Below are positions 26,429 through 29,131 of a stretch of DNA of 29,131 bases, piece after piece (position 1 is the first letter of the stretch; each line of letters starts with the position of its first letter). Under the pieces are notes generated by a model. The model made no database searches and was not told where the DNA came from. It saw only the letters and a list, made by a program, of their open reading frames with translations. Source of the stretch: a virus. Lineage: Duplodnaviria; Caudoviricetes. Location: IMG/VR virus record IMGVR_UViG_3300048861_000060, positions 1 to 29,131 of that record. One strand, written 5' to 3'. The translations under genes and the position numbers were made by a program.

Positions 26429-27180
26429 TGAGCCCGTGCCCCCTGGTTGATCAGCGCGTCGCGCTGGAAGGTTTCGTGGATCTGCGCGTGGGGCCGTCTC
26501 GACGCCGCCGTATATGCTTTCGTCGCAAGCGCGGCAGATGCTGGCCGGCCTTCATTGTCGTGCAACATTTGCCCGTTCATGCCGGTATCCGGCGCGGGAG
26601 GGCCGATCATCATGAGCGTCTGCGGAGAGGTGAGGGGTTGGCTCCACGCCAACGCGCTGTTGTGCATTTTCGCGTTCGGAAGCTGCGGACTGATCGCCGC
26701 GGCGGCAGCCTTCATTTTTCTGTAGGCAGCACCGATGGCCCGCCTGAGACCACCAAACCGCGCCGCCTCGGGTGCGATGCACGGCCTTGTGTCATCAAGG
26801 AAATATCCAATCCGACCTGAAACATTAACCTTTTCCAAAAGTGGCCATGGCTCGGGAGAAGCTGTCACCATGTCACAGGGGAAGGATGCTAATTCACCGG
26901 AAGAAGCCGCCGTTGAGCCGATCAGGCGGCTCGGGGTTCTGGTGATCTCTTGGGTCGCGGTGGTGTCTATCGGCGTCGTGCTAACCCTCTGCTTTACGAG
27001 CAGGTCGCCTTGATAGGTCTCGTGGATCCTTGTCGGCCAACCCTTGGACGTTCGGCCGCTGCGTTCGGCACGGCCAGCACGGCGCGCAGCGAGCGCCTCG
27101 TCCAGCTGATGCTGAAGCTGGACAACCCGATGCTGGCGGGCGCGCTGCTCAAGCCAGCGCCGGCTGACCGCGCCGATCAC
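26425..27180 (-). CDS. Hypothetical protein with an internal duplicated segment; the middle part may not be genuinely coding
   Basis: GTGA overlap at 27180 and ATGA overlap at 26425; IHETYQGDLLVKQ / IHETFQRDALINQ repeat. Confidence 0.45.
   Translation of the reverse strand: MIGAVSRRWLEQRARQHRVVQLQHQLDEALAARRAGRAERSGRTSKGWPTRIHETYQGDLLVKQRVSTTPIDTTATQEITRTPSRLIGSTAASSGELASFPCDMVTASPEPWPLLEKVNVSGRIGYFLDDTRPCIAPEAARFGGLRRAIGAAYRKMKAAAAAISPQLPNAKMHNSALAWSQPLTSPQTLMMIGPPAPDTGMNGQMLHDNEGRPASAALATKAYTAASRRPHAQIHETFQRDALINQGARAQ
26612..26725 (+). CDS. 37-aa hydrophobic membrane peptide
   Basis: GGGAGGG RBS 9 nt before ATG; MSVCGEVRGWLHANALLCIFAFGSCGLIAAAAAFIFL. Confidence 0.45.
   Translation: MSVCGEVRGWLHANALLCIFAFGSCGLIAAAAAFIFL
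26870..27013 (+). CDS. 47-aa single-TM peptide
   Basis: GGGAGA RBS; AT-rich upstream region; MSQGKDANSPEEAAVEPIRR-LGVLVISWVAVVSIGVVLTLCF-TSRSP. Confidence 0.45.
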   Translation: MSQGKDANSPEEAAVEPIRRLGVLVISWVAVVSIGVVLTLCFTSRSP

Positions 27181-27737
27181 GCCGCGTATTTCCGGCTGAG
27201 CTCGGCGCCCCGCGCGCGAAGCGACGCCATGTCCGACTGAAGCGTGGCGAACGTCTCCTTGCACAGCTGGTCGAGCGCGTTGACGTCCTCGCGGAACTGG
27301 CGAAGCTCTGCCGGCTCCTTGAGCTCGCCGAACCCAGCGCGCCGGAACTCGGCCACCGTGTCGACGGCGAGGTTCGCCTGCTTGGCAATCTTGTCGTCGG
27401 TCCAGCCGGCCGCATAGACGCCGTTGTCGGCATCGAAGTGCGTCTGGAGCAGGGTGAACATCACGACCTGCGCCTGGATCGCGGCAGGCGACGGTTTCGT
27501 CATGGGCTTCTCCTTCGCAGGCTTGCTGCGGCATGCGGGGCAGACGTTCGGATCGAGCGCCCATCCAAGCTGGGTGAATTTCTGGTCGATCTGCGCAGGC
27601 GGCATCACGGAGCGAAGCCGCACGTCATCCGCGACCGAGCAGACCGTGCAGGTCACGGTCGCGGCGATATGGCCGGGGGCGGTCGATAGAGACCGCCCCC
27701 CGAGCCGGCGCCGATACGAATGACCGGACACGCCCAC
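27177..27737 (-). CDS. Zinc finger + HTH-like + coiled-coil hypothetical protein
   Basis: CTVC...CPAC; GWTDDKIAKQANLAVDTVAEFR...FG; tight operon spacing. Confidence 0.75.
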   Translation of the reverse strand: MGVSGHSYRRRLGGRSLSTAPGHIAATVTCTVCSVADDVRLRSVMPPAQIDQKFTQLGWALDPNVCPACRSKPAKEKPMTKPSPAAIQAQVVMFTLLQTHFDADNGVYAAGWTDDKIAKQANLAVDTVAEFRRAGFGELKEPAELRQFREDVNALDQLCKETFATLQSDMASLRARGAELSRKYAA

Positions 27738-27740
27738 GAG

Positions 27741-27887
27741 CTAGGCTTTGGCTGCGAGGCGGCGTGCCTCGCACTTCGCCGCCGGCCAGATCGACTTGCG
27801 ATAGGCTGGCTCCGAGTTCTTCGACCACTTAGGCCGGAGGTCGACCTTACCGTCTGACTTCGGAAGGCGCGCGAGAACACCCGACAT
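27741..27887 (-). CDS. 48-aa basic hypothetical protein
   Basis: MSGVLARLPKSDGKVDLRPKWSKNSEPAYRKSIWPAAKCEARRLAAKA; 3-nt gaps to both neighbours; GGAGG upstream. Confidence 0.55.
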   Translation of the reverse strand: MSGVLARLPKSDGKVDLRPKWSKNSEPAYRKSIWPAAKCEARRLAAKA

Positions 27888-27890
27888 CGA

Positions 27891-28859
27891 TCAGGCCTCC
27901 GGCTTGCCGATGAAGACGGGCAGCTCCGTCTCGACCTTCACGCGCTCGACAGCCTCATTGAAGGCGGCGTCGAAGGTGCGATCGGTGCGCCACAGCTCGT
28001 ACCAGAAGATGATCGACGGACCCTTCTTCCGGTACCGCAGACGTGCGGCGAGCCGATAGAGCGGGCCGTTCCGGAAGACAGGGATGCCGATCAGGAACAG
28101 CGCCGGCACCTTCAGCGGCCCGCCATGCTCGTCGGTGTGCTCAGACTGGAAGCGGATGACGCCTTCGCCGCTCTGGAGGTTCACGGCCTCCTGCACGACC
28201 GCCGCCTCATTGATCTGGAGACCGCGCGCCAGCTGGATCAGCTTGTTCGGCGTGGCGATGGTGTCGCCGCCGCCGAGCGTGTCGACCAGGCGCTGGAGAT
28301 CTTCGGAGAGCGTGTCCTCGCCGGGGATCATATAGAGGACGTCGATGATGCGATCTTCGAGGAACGCCGCGAAGTCCGCCATGGTCATGGCGTTCTGCGC
28401 GCCATTGGCGGCGTTCCATGCCTTCCACTCGTCCGACACCGGGAAGGTGAACAGCGAGCGGTGCTTGCCGAAGCGAGGGGTCAGCTCACCGGTGGAGATC
28501 TCCGTCGCGCCGCCCTTGGGGTGATAATCCAGCACCGCGGTGATCGACGGGCTGTTCCGGTCGTCATTCGCGAACACGGCGCTGCCGTCGTCCTTGAAGC
28601 GATTGACATGGTCGATCAGGCTGTCGAGCGAGAGGAGCGTGGAGCTGCCTTGCCGGAAGCGCGGGTGCGGGCGGAACGGCTCGAACAAGCCGGACGGCAG
28701 CGGCGTGAGGCCACCGTTCGCGAGCACGGCGCGCGCGACGATCTCGGTCTCCGGCTCCTTGATGTCGATGACGGTCGGCGCAGCGTAATGCTCGACCAGG
28801 TTGCGGACGTCGCTGACGATGCTGTCGGCAGCGACGGAGGTATGCGTCTTTTCGGTCAT
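27891..28859 (-). CDS. DUF2303 / YfdQ-family protein
   Basis: AVLDYH, SDEWKAW, FAAFLED, IPVF, ARLRYR and LPVFIG motifs; GAGGA RBS. Confidence 0.9.
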   Translation of the reverse strand: MTEKTHTSVAADSIVSDVRNLVEHYAAPTVIDIKEPETEIVARAVLANGGLTPLPSGLFEPFRPHPRFRQGSSTLLSLDSLIDHVNRFKDDGSAVFANDDRNSPSITAVLDYHPKGGATEISTGELTPRFGKHRSLFTFPVSDEWKAWNAANGAQNAMTMADFAAFLEDRIIDVLYMIPGEDTLSEDLQRLVDTLGGGDTIATPNKLIQLARGLQINEAAVVQEAVNLQSGEGVIRFQSEHTDEHGGPLKVPALFLIGIPVFRNGPLYRLAARLRYRKKGPSIIFWYELWRTDRTFDAAFNEAVERVKVETELPVFIGKPEA

Positions 28860-28894
28860 GGTGCGTCCTCAGTGGTGAAAGGATGGTGGTGCGG

Positions 28895-29131
28895 TCAGGC
28901 GTCGCGGAAGCCGCCGGCGCCGCGGACCTCGCGGACGCCGAACAGGTTGCCCTGCTGCGGGTTGGACGGGGTGAAACGGCCATCCTCGGTTGCCCACATC
29001 ACGGACTTGGGCCGTTTCGCCTCGGGCACGTCGGCCTTGAACTTCGAGGCGATCGAGAACACGCGGCCCTCGAGCGAGAAGTCGAAGCTGAGCGACAGCT
29101 TGCCCTTGGCCTTGCCGCCGCTCTCGATCGC
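28895..29131 (-). CDS. YfdP-like partner of DUF2303, 5'-partial
   Basis: ...KAKGKLSLSF...WATEDGRFTPSNPQQGNLF...FRDA*; the usual gene upstream of DUF2303. Confidence 0.8.
   Translation of the reverse strand, partial: AIESGGKAKGKLSLSFDFSLEGRVFSIASKFKADVPEAKRPKSVMWATEDGRFTPSNPQQGNLFGVREVRGAGGFRDA

Overview
GC-rich temperate siphophage/prophage segment, probably from an alphaproteobacterial host (inferred from gene families and promoter style). It reads almost entirely on the minus strand. From right to left it carries early/replication genes (YfdP/YfdQ-like pair, orphan C5 DNA methyltransferase, lambda O-like initiator with an internal iteron array, LexA-like wHTH), a putative late regulator with a late promoter/terminator, and a degenerate tRNA-Met(CAT). 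Next comes HK97-type packaging (HNH, cos-like region, TerS, an inserted HNH endonuclease, TerL, portal, Clp protease, capsid). Neck and tail genes follow, with a -1 frameshift chaperone pair, a tape measure protein and a >1399-aa tail tip protein that runs off the left edge. Plus-strand insertions interrupt this layout: a RelE-like toxin / XRE-HTH / DUF6941-like three-gene operon, a DUF4145 gene, a small secreted protein within the tail operon, and two small membrane peptides. The best candidates for an undescribed system are the tripartite toxin-antitoxin-third-partner operon and the three-hairpin RNA in front of the inserted HNH gene. All family calls come from motif recognition by eye; no searches were run.
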